The notes below the pieces were generated by a model that saw only the letters and a program-made list of their open reading frames with translations, was not told the origin of the DNA and searched no databases. This document shows, one piece after another, positions 30,794 to 42,000 of a stretch of 64,000 nt of DNA. Each line of letters starts with the position of its first letter. Positions within the stretch are counted from its first letter, which is position 1. The position numbers were made by a program, and so were the translations under genes. The stretch is from an uncultured Clostridium sp. (lineage in GTDB: Bacteria > Bacillota > Clostridia > TANB77 > CAG-508). Location of the stretch: NCBI GenBank assembly GCA_964596175.1, contig CAZQTH010000001.1, positions 3,464 to 67,463 on the forward strand, in the 5' to 3' direction.

Positions 30794-33700
30794 ATGAGTA
30801 ACGAGTTATTACATGTTGGTTTAGATGTAGGTTCTACAACTGTAAAAATTATAGTTATGGATAAGAACCTAAATACTATATATAAAAATTATCAAAGACA
30901 CTTTTCAGACACTAAAAATACTGTTTGTAGTGTTTTAGAAGATTTATTATTAAAATATCCAAATAATATATTTACATTAGCTTTAACAGGCTCTGGTGCT
31001 ATGTCTGCTGCTAAATTTTTAGGGGTAGATTTTATTCAAGAGGTTGTTTCTTGTAAAAGGGCTGTTGAAAAATACATACCAAGAACTGATGTTGTAATCG
31101 AGCTTGGTGGTGAAGATGCTAAAATTATTTATTTTGATCAATCTATTGAACAACGTATGAATGGTACTTGTGCTGGTGGTACTGGTGCATTTTTAGACCA
31201 AATGGCATCACTACTTCATACTGATACAGCAGGATTAAATGAACTTGCAAAAGGTTATAAAACAATTTATCCTATTGCATCTCGCTGTGGTGTTTTTGCT
31301 AAAACTGATATTCAACCTTTGATTAATGAAGGTGCTGCAAAAGAAGATATTGCTGCATCTATTTTCCAGGCAGTTGTAAACCAAACTATTAGTGGTTTAG
31401 CATGTGGAAGACCAATTAGAGGTAATGTTGCTTTTTTAGGTGGACCTCTTAATTATTTATCAGAATTACGTAAAAGATTTATAGAAACATTGCATTTGAA
31501 GGATGATGAAATTATAGTACCAGAAGAAGCTCATCTTTTAGTTGCAAAAGGTGCTGCTTTGGATTCTATTAATACTACTCCTATTACACCTGATGAATTG
31601 GCAAAAAAAATTGAAAACTTAAAAGTTTCACATGATAACACATCAAAACCATTAGACCCATTATTTAAAAATGATGATGAATATAATACTTTTAAGGAAA
31701 GACATGATAAAGATAAAGTTAAAAAAGGTGATTTAGCTTCATATGAAGGTGATTGTTTCCTTGGTATTGATGCTGGTTCTACAACTACAAAATTAGTTTT
31801 GATAGATAGAGATGGAACACTTCTTTATTCTTTATATGGAAGTAATGAAGGAAATCCTTTAAAAAGTGTTATGAATATGTTAAAGAAACTATATCATGAG
31901 TTACCTGAAAAAGCAGTGCTAAGATTTAGCGGTGTTACAGGATATGGTGAAAAGCTTATTCAAACAGCCTTAAATGTTGACTTAAATGAAATAGAAACAA
32001 TTGCACATTATACAGCTGCAAAAGAATTTGAGCCAAATGTTACAAGTATTGTTGACATTGGTGGTCAAGATATGAAATACATAAAAATGAAAAATGGTTC
32101 TATTGATAATATTATGCTTAATGAAGCTTGTTCTTCAGGTTGTGGTTCTTTTATAGAAACTTTTGCAAAAAGCTTAAATATCGAAATTTCAAATTTTGTA
32201 AAAGAAGCAATAAAATCAAAAACTCCTGTTGATTTGGGTTCTAGATGTACTGTTTTTATGAATTCTAAAATCAAGCAAGCTCAAAAAGAAGGTTATTCTG
32301 TTGGAGATATTTCTGCAGGTCTTTCATATTCTGTTATCAAAAATGCTATACAAAAAGTTATGAAAGTTAGAGATGTTGAAACATTAGGAGACCATATTGT
32401 TGTACAAGGTGGTACTTTCTATAATGATGCTGTTCTTCGTGCTTTTGAACTTATAGTTGGTAAAACTGTTGTAAGGCCAGATATTGCGGGTCTTATGGGT
32501 GCTTATGGTATGGCCCTTTTATCTAAAGAACAATATGAAACAAACCTTGATATGGAATATAAATCTACTATTTTAAAGGAAGATGAATTAGATAAATTAG
32601 AAATTAAAGTTACACATACACGTTGTGGTATTTGTGAAAATCACTGCAAGTTAACTATTAATAGATTTAGTAATGGTCAAATACATGTATCTGGAAATCG
32701 TTGTGAAAGAGGTGCAGGTGCTATTACTAAAGCTAAAAGCTTACCAAATTTAATACAATATAAATATCAAAGATTATTTGATTATACACCTTTAGAAGAA
32801 CAATATTCTACAAGAGGTACTATTGGTATCCCTAGAGTTTTAAATATGTATGAGGATTATCCTTTCTGGTTTACTTTCCTAACTAGTTTAGGTTTTAGGG
32901 TAATCCTTTCAGAGAAGAGTACTCGTGCGACTTACGAAAAAGGTATGGAATCTATGCCTTCAGAATCTGTTTGTTACCCTGCAAAACTTTCTCATGGACA
33001 TATTGAAAGTTTATTAGAACAAGGTGTAAAAACTATATTCTATCCTTGTATTCCATATTCTAGAAAAGAATATGAAAAGTCAGACAATCAATATAATTGT
33101 CCTATTGTTATTTCTTATTCAGAGGTTTTAAGAAACAATGTTGAAGGATTAAAAGATTCAAGTATTAAGTTTATTAATCCATTCCTTCCTCTAGATAAGA
33201 AGAATTTAGTTAAGAAAATACTAGAACTTGATGAATTTAAAGAATATAATTTCACAAAAGCTGAATTAAATGAGGCTGCTGAAAAAGCAGAGGCAGAATA
33301 TCAAAAATTTAAAGATGATGTTAGAAAAAAGGGTAGCGAAACTGTAAAATACATAGAAGAAAATAATTTAAAAGGTATTGTTTTAGCAGGAAGACCTTAT
33401 CATGTAGACCCTGAAATTAATCATGGTATTGATACTTTAATTACTTCACTTGGTTTATGTGTTTTAACAGAAGATAGTGTTTCTGATAAAGCAGAAGCAA
33501 AAAGACCTTTAAGAGTTGTTGACCAATGGGTTTTCCATGCAAGACTTTATGCTGCAGCTGATTTTGTTGGAAAACATGATTTTTTAGAATTAGTTCAACT
33601 TAACTCGTTTGGTTGTGGTGTAGACGCTGTTACAACAGACCAAGTAGAAGAAATACTTTCTAGCTATGGTAAGATGTATACTTTAATTAAAATAGATGAA

Positions 33701-35122
33701 GTAAACAATTTAGGGGCTGTTCGTATTCGTATTCGTTCTCTACTTGCTAGTATGAAGAAACGTGAACAAGAAAAACTAGAACAAAAGTCTGATGGAGATT
33801 ATGGAATTACTAAAAAGATTTTTACAAAAGAGATGAGAAAAGATTATACTATATTATTCCCTCAAATGGCACCTATACATTTTGAACTTCTGGAAACTGC
33901 TGCTAGAGCTTGCGGATATAATATAGAATTACTTAGAAATTGTACTCAGAAAACAGTAGATACTGGACTTAAATATGTAAATAATGATGCTTGTTATCCT
34001 TCTATATTGGTTACTGGTCAAATGATTGAGGCACTTCAATCTGGAAAATATAATGTTAATAAAACTGCTTTAATTATTTCACAAACTGGTGGCGGATGTA
34101 GGGCAACAAACTATATTGGATTTATTAGAAAGGCATTGAAGGACGCAGGTTTTGAAAATGTACCAGTTATTTCCTTAAATTTTGTTGGTATGGAAAAAAT
34201 GCCTGGATTCAAATTAACAGTTCCTTTAATAGAAAGATTATTTAAAACTGTTGTTTATGCTGATCTTTTACAAAAAATGCTAACTAAAAATAGAGCATAT
34301 GAAGTAAACAAGGGTGAATCACAAGCTTTGTTTGATACTTGGATGGAAAAATGCAAAAAATTACTTACTAAATCAACTAATAAAGAATTTAAGCAAAGTA
34401 TTTATGATATTGTTAATGATTTTGAAAAGATTGAATTAGATACATCTGTAGAAAAACCTAAAGTTGGTATTGTTGGAGAAATTTTAATTAAATATCATCC
34501 TTTTGGAAATAACTTTGTTGCAAACATATTAGAAAAAGAAGGTGCAGAAGTTGTTTTACCTGACTTTATGGGGTTTGTAAAATTTATGGCTACTCATAAA
34601 ATTACATTTAATAAATTATTAAATACAAATAAGACTTCTTCTAAAATTAGTAAAGTAGCAATTAAACTTATTGATATTTTAGAAAAAGATGTTAAAATTG
34701 CTTTAGCAAATTCTAAAAAAGGTTATTTACAACCATGTGACATTTGGCATCTAGAAGATAAGGTAAAAGATATTTTATCTATAGGAAATCAAACTGGTGA
34801 AGGTTGGTTCTTAACTGCTGAAATGATTGAATATATTGAAAATGATATTCCAAATATTGTATGTGTTCAACCATTTGCATGTTTACCTAACCATGTTGTT
34901 GGTAAAGGTGTTATTAAGACTATTCGTAGTAAGTTTCCTGAAGCTAATATTTCTGCTATTGATTATGATCCAGGTGCAAGTGAGTCAAATCAGACTAATA
35001 GAATTAAACTTCTTATGACTGTTGCTAAAGATAATTTAAAGGCTAAGCAAAATTTTAAGAAAGCTTTAGATAAAGAGAATGTAGAAGAAAAAATTGAAAT
35101 AAAAGAAAAAGTTACAAAGTAG
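30794..35122 (+). CDS. 1442-aa fusion: two BadF/BadG/BcrA/BcrD-type activase ATPase domains plus a 2-hydroxyacyl-CoA dehydratase (HgdB-like) domain
   Basis: two ASKHA ATPase repeats (LGLDVGSTTVKI... and LGIDAGSTTTKL...), Cys cluster CGICENHC, C-terminal DUF2229/HgdB-like region. Confidence 0.85.
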   Translation: MSNELLHVGLDVGSTTVKIIVMDKNLNTIYKNYQRHFSDTKNTVCSVLEDLLLKYPNNIFTLALTGSGAMSAAKFLGVDFIQEVVSCKRAVEKYIPRTDVVIELGGEDAKIIYFDQSIEQRMNGTCAGGTGAFLDQMASLLHTDTAGLNELAKGYKTIYPIASRCGVFAKTDIQPLINEGAAKEDIAASIFQAVVNQTISGLACGRPIRGNVAFLGGPLNYLSELRKRFIETLHLKDDEIIVPEEAHLLVAKGAALDSINTTPITPDELAKKIENLKVSHDNTSKPLDPLFKNDDEYNTFKERHDKDKVKKGDLASYEGDCFLGIDAGSTTTKLVLIDRDGTLLYSLYGSNEGNPLKSVMNMLKKLYHELPEKAVLRFSGVTGYGEKLIQTALNVDLNEIETIAHYTAAKEFEPNVTSIVDIGGQDMKYIKMKNGSIDNIMLNEACSSGCGSFIETFAKSLNIEISNFVKEAIKSKTPVDLGSRCTVFMNSKIKQAQKEGYSVGDISAGLSYSVIKNAIQKVMKVRDVETLGDHIVVQGGTFYNDAVLRAFELIVGKTVVRPDIAGLMGAYGMALLSKEQYETNLDMEYKSTILKEDELDKLEIKVTHTRCGICENHCKLTINRFSNGQIHVSGNRCERGAGAITKAKSLPNLIQYKYQRLFDYTPLEEQYSTRGTIGIPRVLNMYEDYPFWFTFLTSLGFRVILSEKSTRATYEKGMESMPSESVCYPAKLSHGHIESLLEQGVKTIFYPCIPYSRKEYEKSDNQYNCPIVISYSEVLRNNVEGLKDSSIKFINPFLPLDKKNLVKKILELDEFKEYNFTKAELNEAAEKAEAEYQKFKDDVRKKGSETVKYIEENNLKGIVLAGRPYHVDPEINHGIDTLITSLGLCVLTEDSVSDKAEAKRPLRVVDQWVFHARLYAAADFVGKHDFLELVQLNSFGCGVDAVTTDQVEEILSSYGKMYTLIKIDEVNNLGAVRIRIRSLLASMKKREQEKLEQKSDGDYGITKKIFTKEMRKDYTILFPQMAPIHFELLETAARACGYNIELLRNCTQKTVDTGLKYVNNDACYPSILVTGQMIEALQSGKYNVNKTALIISQTGGGCRATNYIGFIRKALKDAGFENVPVISLNFVGMEKMPGFKLTVPLIERLFKTVVYADLLQKMLTKNRAYEVNKGESQALFDTWMEKCKKLLTKSTNKEFKQSIYDIVNDFEKIELDTSVEKPKVGIVGEILIKYHPFGNNFVANILEKEGAEVVLPDFMGFVKFMATHKITFNKLLNTNKTSSKISKVAIKLIDILEKDVKIALANSKKGYLQPCDIWHLEDKVKDILSIGNQTGEGWFLTAEMIEYIENDIPNIVCVQPFACLPNHVVGKGVIKTIRSKFPEANISAIDYDPGASESNQTNRIKLLMTVAKDNLKAKQNFKKALDKENVEEKIEIKEKVTK

Positions 35123-35135
35123 TAATTACAAGGAA

Positions 35136-35170
35136 AAAATAGAACAACTTCATAATTTAAAGTTGTTCTA
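35136..35170. terminator. hairpin terminator between convergent genes
   Basis: AATAGAACAACT-TCATAATTTAA-AGTTGTTCTATT. Confidence 0.65.
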
Positions 35171-35175
35171 TTCTT

Positions 35176-36471
35176 TTATGGTTTTAGAGCTGTAATTGGC
35201 ACAACATATACTCCGTCTGGTCTTTGATAAGCTGCATTTGACATTCCACATATTACACAAAGAATAGCTGGCAATTTGCCATTTTCTCTTTCAATTCCTT
35301 CTTTTATTTTTAGCAAATTCTTAGCACCTTCTTCTATCTTATTTGCTCCTAGTTTTATTTCAAATGCACACCATTTTCCATCTTCTAATTCTATAACACT
35401 ATCTATTTCTCTGTTTTGATAATCTTGGTAATGATAACATTTAGCATTAAAACTATCTGCATATATTTTTAAATCTCTTTCGACCATTGCTTCAAATAAG
35501 AAACCAAATGTGTTTAAATCATTAATTAATTTATTTTCTTCTTTTATATTTAATAAAGAACATGCAATAGATGGATCTGCAAAATGTCTTTTTTCTGATT
35601 GTTTTACTCTTACAGAAGAACGAATATTAGAAGCAAAAGGCTCATCGTTATCTAATAAATATAGTCTATCTAATACATCAAGATATGAAGCTATAGTATC
35701 TAGGTCTATATCTTCGTTATCCTTTTCAATAATATCTTTTTTTAAAGTCATATTAGATACTGTTGTACTTTCATTCCTTGCTAACGACTTTAGTAATAAT
35801 TTTACCTTATGCTTATTTCTACTTATTCCATCTAATCTATTTAAATCATCATCAATTATTAATTTTATATATTCTTCTATAGCTTCACTAGAGTCTTTAG
35901 GTGAATATTCTAAATTTCCTGGCCAGCCTCCTCTAATTATTAAACCTGCAAGATGTCTCAAATCAACTTCGCCTGTTAATTTTTCCTCTAATTTATTATT
36001 ACATATATCCTCTAATGATATATCTCCTGTAGAATCTCCAGATTCAAACAAACTCATTGTCCTTAAATATATTTTTCCAAATCTTCCTGCTCCACTATGT
36101 GATATTCCTTTTCTATTTGGTGTAGAAGACCCTGTCAAAATATATTGTCCTTTTAGACCTGTCCTATCAACATCAGCTCTAATCTCATCCCATAAGTTCG
36201 TTGCTTCTTGCCATTCATCTATTAATTTTGGTTTTTCTCCTTCCAAAATTATTGATGGTGATATCTTAGCAAGTTCTACATTGTTTGATGCTCCTCCTGT
36301 AGTTTTATGCAAGAGAACTTCACTATTAGAATGATAACGACCTGCCCATGTTTTACCACAGTATTTTGGCCCTTCAATACAAATAGCTCCAAATAATTTT
36401 AAATACTGTTCTATTTTATTATCTACAATTCTTCTTCTATAATTTTTTATTTCCATATTTTTCACCTCCAC
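35176..36471 (-). CDS. AAA-family ATPase with C-terminal DUF4143 domain
   Basis: Walker A GPKYCGKT and the typical AAA_14 + DUF4143 architecture (about 430 aa). Confidence 0.8.
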   Translation of the reverse strand: MEVKNMEIKNYRRRIVDNKIEQYLKLFGAICIEGPKYCGKTWAGRYHSNSEVLLHKTTGGASNNVELAKISPSIILEGEKPKLIDEWQEATNLWDEIRADVDRTGLKGQYILTGSSTPNRKGISHSGAGRFGKIYLRTMSLFESGDSTGDISLEDICNNKLEEKLTGEVDLRHLAGLIIRGGWPGNLEYSPKDSSEAIEEYIKLIIDDDLNRLDGISRNKHKVKLLLKSLARNESTTVSNMTLKKDIIEKDNEDIDLDTIASYLDVLDRLYLLDNDEPFASNIRSSVRVKQSEKRHFADPSIACSLLNIKEENKLINDLNTFGFLFEAMVERDLKIYADSFNAKCYHYQDYQNREIDSVIELEDGKWCAFEIKLGANKIEEGAKNLLKIKEGIERENGKLPAILCVICGMSNAAYQRPDGVYVVPITALKP

Positions 36472-36702
36472 AAGTTATTCTATAATTATTATATCTTATC
36501 CCTTTATTTTTGTCAATTTTATTCGGTTATTTTTGTTGTTTTTGTTCCGTGATTTTTATAAATTTTATTCCGATACTTTTACATTATATTTTTTTATATT
36601 TAAGTTTTTAATAATATATTTTTTACTTTTTAATTATAATATAAATTAATATGTTAAATTTATTCTGATTACAAAAAAATTTATTAAAAGCCTTTACTGT
36701 AT

Positions 36703-36731
36703 TTGATTTTGGTTACATAATATGTTATAAT
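36703..36731 (+). promoter_or_regulatory. near-consensus sigma-A promoter TTGATT-17-TATAAT
   Basis: TTGATT 36703-36708, 17-nt spacer, TATAAT 36726-36731; drives the small ORF at 36773. Confidence 0.55.
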
Positions 36732-36772
36732 ATAAGTAGTATTTACCTGTTTTATACGAGATTGGAGAAAAG

Positions 36773-36934
36773 ATGTTTTTGAAGGTTTTGCTTATCGGTT
36801 TTTGCATTTTAATTGTATTTAGTGGATTTTTGGCAGTCTATCAACTGATTACAAGAGATGACTCTTCTTCGCGAGGAGAACTTATTGGAAGGATCGTATT
36901 TGGGGCTCTGATGCTTTATCTTTTCCTCAAGTAA
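36773..36934 (+). CDS. 53-aa hydrophobic peptide (two predicted TM segments), GC-richer than its surroundings
   Basis: GGAGAAAAG RBS then ATG; MFLKVLLIGFCILIVFSGFLAVYQLITRDDSSSRGELIGRIVFGALMLYLFLK; own promoter and terminator. Confidence 0.4.
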   Translation: MFLKVLLIGFCILIVFSGFLAVYQLITRDDSSSRGELIGRIVFGALMLYLFLK

Positions 36935-36977
36935 TCGTCTCGTAGAAAGGAACCTTCTAACTAGAAGACCATTATAG

Positions 36978-37008
36978 AAGCCACTGGAACACAGTGGTTT
37001 CTATTTTT
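36978..37008 (+). terminator. rho-independent terminator
   Basis: CCACTG-GAACA-CAGTGG stem-loop followed by TTTCTATTTTTT. Confidence 0.6.
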
Positions 37009-37101
37009 TAATTTACTATTCTACTTTTTCTTGTTTTTTTATTGAAGGTTCTTTTTTTTTATGTTATATTTATCTATATAAATTAAAGGAGTTTTTTACA
37101 A

Positions 37102-37623
37102 ATGAATTATTATCAAATATTAGAAGTAGACAAATGTGCTTCTTCTGAAGTTATAGAAAAAGCTTATAAAGCATTAGTTAAAAAATACCACCCAGACTTA
37201 CAAGAATCAAATATGAAAGGCGAAGCTGAAGAAAAGATAAAATTAATCAATGAAGCATATGAAGTTCTTTCAAATCCTGATTCTAGAGCAAAATATGATG
37301 AAACTTTAAAACAAAGTGAAATATCAGAACAAGAAATTAGAAAACAGCAAGAATACCAACAAAAACAATTAGAATATGAAAAACAATTGCAACAAGCAAG
37401 ACAAAAAGCATATCGCGATGCATATATCCAAGACCTGAAAAATAGAGGTTATAAGATAAAGTATAAAAAGACACCAAGAGAATATTTAAAAAATTTTATC
37501 GCTTTTATAATTACTATTACGATTATCCTTATTCTTCTACAAATTCCTTTTGTTCAAAATTTCTTTATTAAAATATATGAAGAAAATATAGTTATACAAA
37601 CTATTGTTAATATTTTTAAATAA
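37102..37623 (+). CDS. J-domain protein with C-terminal TM anchor
   Basis: YYQILEV...KKYHPD J-domain, Gln-rich coiled region, C-terminal hydrophobic helix. Confidence 0.75.
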   Translation: MNYYQILEVDKCASSEVIEKAYKALVKKYHPDLQESNMKGEAEEKIKLINEAYEVLSNPDSRAKYDETLKQSEISEQEIRKQQEYQQKQLEYEKQLQQARQKAYRDAYIQDLKNRGYKIKYKKTPREYLKNFIAFIITITIILILLQIPFVQNFFIKIYEENIVIQTIVNIFK

Positions 37624-37635
37624 TAATACCAAAAG

Positions 37636-37665
37636 AAAAAATCACCTAAAAAGTGATTTTTTCTT
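37636..37665. terminator. hairpin terminator between convergent genes
   Basis: AAAAAATCAC-CTAAAAA-GTGATTTTTT. Confidence 0.6.
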
Positions 37666-37688
37666 TATCATTCTTATTTATTACTTTT

Positions 37689-39017
37689 TTACTCTATATT
37701 AAATGACATAACAAAATCATAATCTTCTCCTAATTGCATTATAATTGTTTTTTCTATTTGATCAGTTGATGAGCCCGTAATATCTGTTAAAATGATTTCT
37801 TGTTGATAAATTCCATTATTCTCTGTAGTTTGGTCAAATTCTAAGTCATAATGTAAAGGGAAATTTTCTCTCATATATTCTTCAAAAGCTTCTTCTGAGC
37901 CAAAATTATTATTTCTAAATGTCTCATCTAAATAACTATATGCTGTTTTATAATCCCTTGCATTTAACATCTGAATCCATTTATCAATATTCATAGCTAC
38001 TTTATATTCACTATTAGATTCATCATAAGTCGTTTTAAAATTATCTGTTATTATTGTATATGTATCTAATTTAAGAGTAAATTCCATTGGGTTAGTTTCA
38101 TCAAAAACATATAAGTTTTGATACTGATCCATACAAATAAATTCTGTATAACCATCATAATTATTCACTAAATATTTCTGAATTTGTAATCCCGCTATTT
38201 CATCTTTGTTTGATTCTACATATTTTTCAAAATCCTCTAAACTTCCAAATCTTTTTAATTTATAGTCTTCTTGTAAATAATCATATAATAAATCAGGTTT
38301 AGCTAAAATAATTCTTTTAAATGTAGAGAAATATTCTTTTGAAGTATCTTCATATGTCATTGTACTATTTGTATATGCATTATTGTCATTTGCTTGTATT
38401 TCTGTATCATCATACTCCAATTCTACCTCATCTATTGAATCATAAGATGAACTTAATGGTTCTATAGAAAAAGTTTTTTCGTTTCTATCAACATTTACAA
38501 TAATATACATATCACCTAAATATTCATTATTTAAAGATGTCATTATACCATAAACAATATAATTTTCTATTTCCTCTCCTTTTATATATCTCATCTCTAA
38601 TGCATCAAATATAACTTTTTCATCAAGTGTTTCTATATAATCATTTAAATTATTGATAGTTATATTATTATCTTCTATAAATTTTGTGCTTAATAAATTT
38701 AATCTGTTTTCATTTATAGTTTGTTCATCTACAACTTTTGTATACTCATTATTTTCATTAAAACCAAAATATTTATCATTATTATCATTAATTTCATCTA
38801 AATATTGCTGTACAGAATTTTTTACAGAGAAAAATCTTGACTTATCTGTTACTTTTTCGATTTTCGTAGTATCAATTAAAACTTCCTCGCCCGCATCGCC
38901 TTCATTTATTTCGTTTTCGATTTCTACTTTCTCTTGCCATTTCGTAGAAATTAATACTCCTATTACTAACAATATTAATATTATTAATATGACAATAAAT
39001 ATTTTTAATTTTTTCAT
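37689..39017 (-). CDS. membrane-anchored hypothetical protein, last gene of the T4SS-like cluster
   Basis: start likely MKKLKIF (39015-39017); single N-terminal TM then about 420-aa extracytoplasmic domain; function unknown. Confidence 0.5.
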   Translation of the reverse strand: MKKLKIFIVILIILILLVIGVLISTKWQEKVEIENEINEGDAGEEVLIDTTKIEKVTDKSRFFSVKNSVQQYLDEINDNNDKYFGFNENNEYTKVVDEQTINENRLNLLSTKFIEDNNITINNLNDYIETLDEKVIFDALEMRYIKGEEIENYIVYGIMTSLNNEYLGDMYIIVNVDRNEKTFSIEPLSSSYDSIDEVELEYDDTEIQANDNNAYTNSTMTYEDTSKEYFSTFKRIILAKPDLLYDYLQEDYKLKRFGSLEDFEKYVESNKDEIAGLQIQKYLVNNYDGYTEFICMDQYQNLYVFDETNPMEFTLKLDTYTIITDNFKTTYDESNSEYKVAMNIDKWIQMLNARDYKTAYSYLDETFRNNNFGSEEAFEEYMRENFPLHYDLEFDQTTENNGIYQQEIILTDITGSSTDQIEKTIIMQLGEDYDFVMSFNIE

Positions 39018-39033
39018 AAGATTCTCCTTATCT

Positions 39034-42000
39034 TTAATTAGTAATAAACCTATATACTCTAGTAAAAGCTCCACTCACATAACTTTCAACGCTTATTTGA
39101 TCTGCTATTGCAACTAAATCTGAATGTGCTCCTACTCGTAGTCCATTTCCAAGATACATTTCTACGTGACCTGTTCTCCACAAAACGTCTCCTGGCTGTA
39201 AATCAACTTGCCCATCTGCTCCAACATAATATGCTGAACCATATCCACTAGTAGTTGAAGGTGCATCAAAATCAAAATATTCCTTATATAATCTAGATAT
39301 AAAACTTGAGCAATCATATTGAAATTCTCCATATCTATTTGCTTGACTATATGTATATCTATCATCATCTGCAATTCTTATTGCTTCAGTTAACATTTGT
39401 AGCATTTTTGTAGCATTTTCACCAGAAAGATTAATTTCTCCTATTCTTTCGTCTGCTGTAGGCTTTTCTAGGTCTTTAAATTGTTCATAATAGCTTCTTG
39501 CTGCTTCTGTTCTGACATCCATTCTTGCTACTGAAGGTCTTTCAAATGTCCAACAAAAAGCTATTGCAGCATCTTCTGGTGTTGACGCATTTTCCCAATC
39601 AGATGCAGAATATCCATTGTAAGTCATTAATTGGTATGAAGCATATCCATTAGCTCCTCCTCCTGGTGTAATCTCTGCTATTAAGAATTCTATCTGCGTA
39701 TCTACATCCGACGCTTCAACACCTTTTGAAGCAGCATATGCTTCTAAAGCTGTCCTTCTTCCATAAGACCATTGACATAGTCCAAATCCAACTCCACTGC
39801 CACTTTCTATTATCTCTGAATCAAACCCAGATTCAGCTTCAATATTTCCTAAAACTCCTGCTGCAGCTTCTTTACTATATCCCGCATCTATAACTGCCCA
39901 CCATACTTTTTCTTGGATAGTATCTCCATAAAATCCAGTGCTAATTTGAGAAAATTGGTCTATTCCATATTCACTAAAATCAAATTCTATAACTCCATAA
40001 TTAATATTAGTTGCTTTATACATTAAATACTTTGTTAAATCAAGCAGGTTTGCTGTATTTTCATTATTTTCAATAAGTGTAAATATATAATCTGATCTAA
40101 CTTTTTTATACATATCATGCTCTGTATACAAATCTACAAATACATTTTCTTTTCCTTCTGTCTTTAAATCTCCTGACTCATAAGTATTGCTAATTGTTGT
40201 TGTATCTATTTTATTTCTATTATAAATAGTATATTTATAAGTTACTGTTGTAGTATCTCCTGTGGTCAATCCTTTTTCATCATACACAGCTACTTGTTCT
40301 TGATAAGTACCCGATGCCGCTACAGTTTCTTCTGTTAAACTTTCTGAATAATTTTCATTTACATATCCTTTAATATTTAATACTTTTGTTTCATCATCGT
40401 CCATATCAAGTATTTCTGAACTATAACTGTTTTCCTGATAAGCTTTTACACACCATGTATTAACATATGTAAGACCTATAGAAGTACTACAATATTCAGA
40501 AATTTCCGTTGTTGAACTCGAATCTCTCCAATCGTAACTATTACTTGATTTATCATCTACCCTTTTTTCTTGAAGCGTAGTTACCATCTGTGTTGTTGTT
40601 ACATTATCCTCTAAAGTTATAACTATTTCTGTATCATTTATTATAGTATCTGCTAATTCTTCTGAAAAATCTGAATACTCTGTATCTATGTAGAAGAATA
40701 ACAAATATTCATATGGCATAACATATTTTTGTAACGCTGTTTTTAAATTAATTGCTGAGTTCTCTATTATTTCTATTGTTCCATCTGTATATGACCATGT
40801 TGCTGTAATTAAATTTCTGTCCTCATCAAGAGTAAAATAATTTAATGCTTCTACGTTTCCAGATGATATATATTCTTCCATTGTATCTAAAGGTATATAT
40901 TTTAGATTTTTTACAACTGACCTTACTCCTTCTGATACATTTTCTTCAGTTATTTCGGTAGAAGAATATCCACTATGATCTGCTTCTAAATATTCTTTTA
41001 TTCCATTTACTATTCCTTCTGCATATTTGTCTACTCCGCCATTTCTTATAACATCAGCATCTACATTTCCTGTTAAAAATCCTCCTTCTGTTACTACTGA
41101 TGGAAATCCACTTGTTGCTGCATTTTCTATTATGCCCAAACTTCCTACTGCACATTTTTCTGTATCAGATCCTGCACCTCTATTTTCTAATCCCATTGCT
41201 TCTGATATGCTATTAGTTAGTATTTCAGCTAATTGTTGAGATATTCCATCTCCCTCTTTATATATAACTTCTACACCATTTGCATCTTCGGAACTTGAGG
41301 AGTTAAAATGTATCTGTATACATAAATCCGGGTCTGCATCTTTTGCTAATTCCGTTCTTTCATCAGCTCCTATGCCACCTCTATTATCTGAAGTGCTTCC
41401 TGTTTGAATAACTGTTACATTTGAGAATCTCTCTTCAATTAACTCTTGAACTTTCTCCGCAACTTCGATTGTTAAATCTTCTTCTACTAAGTCTTCTGAC
41501 CTTGCACCTGTATCATCTGTATTGTTATGACCTGCTGCTATTGCAATTACATAACTATCCTTACTTCCGCCAATCTCTTCTTTTATTGTCACTCCCGCTC
41601 TAGAAGTAACCGTAGCAACTGATGTGGTTGTTGCCTCTTCTTCTGTACTCTCTGATGTTTCTTCTTGTTTTTCAGATAAGTAATTTGCTCTTACATATAC
41701 ATTTTCGTCTTCATACTTTACTTCAACATAAGTTATTACTTCACCAGTTAATGGATTTTCGTTATTTTTATAAGTTCCTGTATATTCTACTTCTGTACCT
41801 CTTGGTATTGTTTTGACCCTTCCTGTATCATCTATTACTTCTTCCCAATTTCCTGTATCTGAACCAGGATTTAATTCTGATTCTGTTTGCTCATAAACTT
41901 TAGCTTCTACCTTTATAAGCAAAATTTTTCCTTCTTCCCAGTCTTGTATAATTTCATCATAACTTCCAACCACAGTAGTATCATATGCGACTTCTTCTTC

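Noticed and set aside
37624-37700. Left att site or tRNA fragment for the T4SS island near 37.6 kb
   Set aside because: No tRNA-like or GGTTCGAA-containing sequence found there or in the 36.5-37.1 kb gaps; the boundary is undefined within this window
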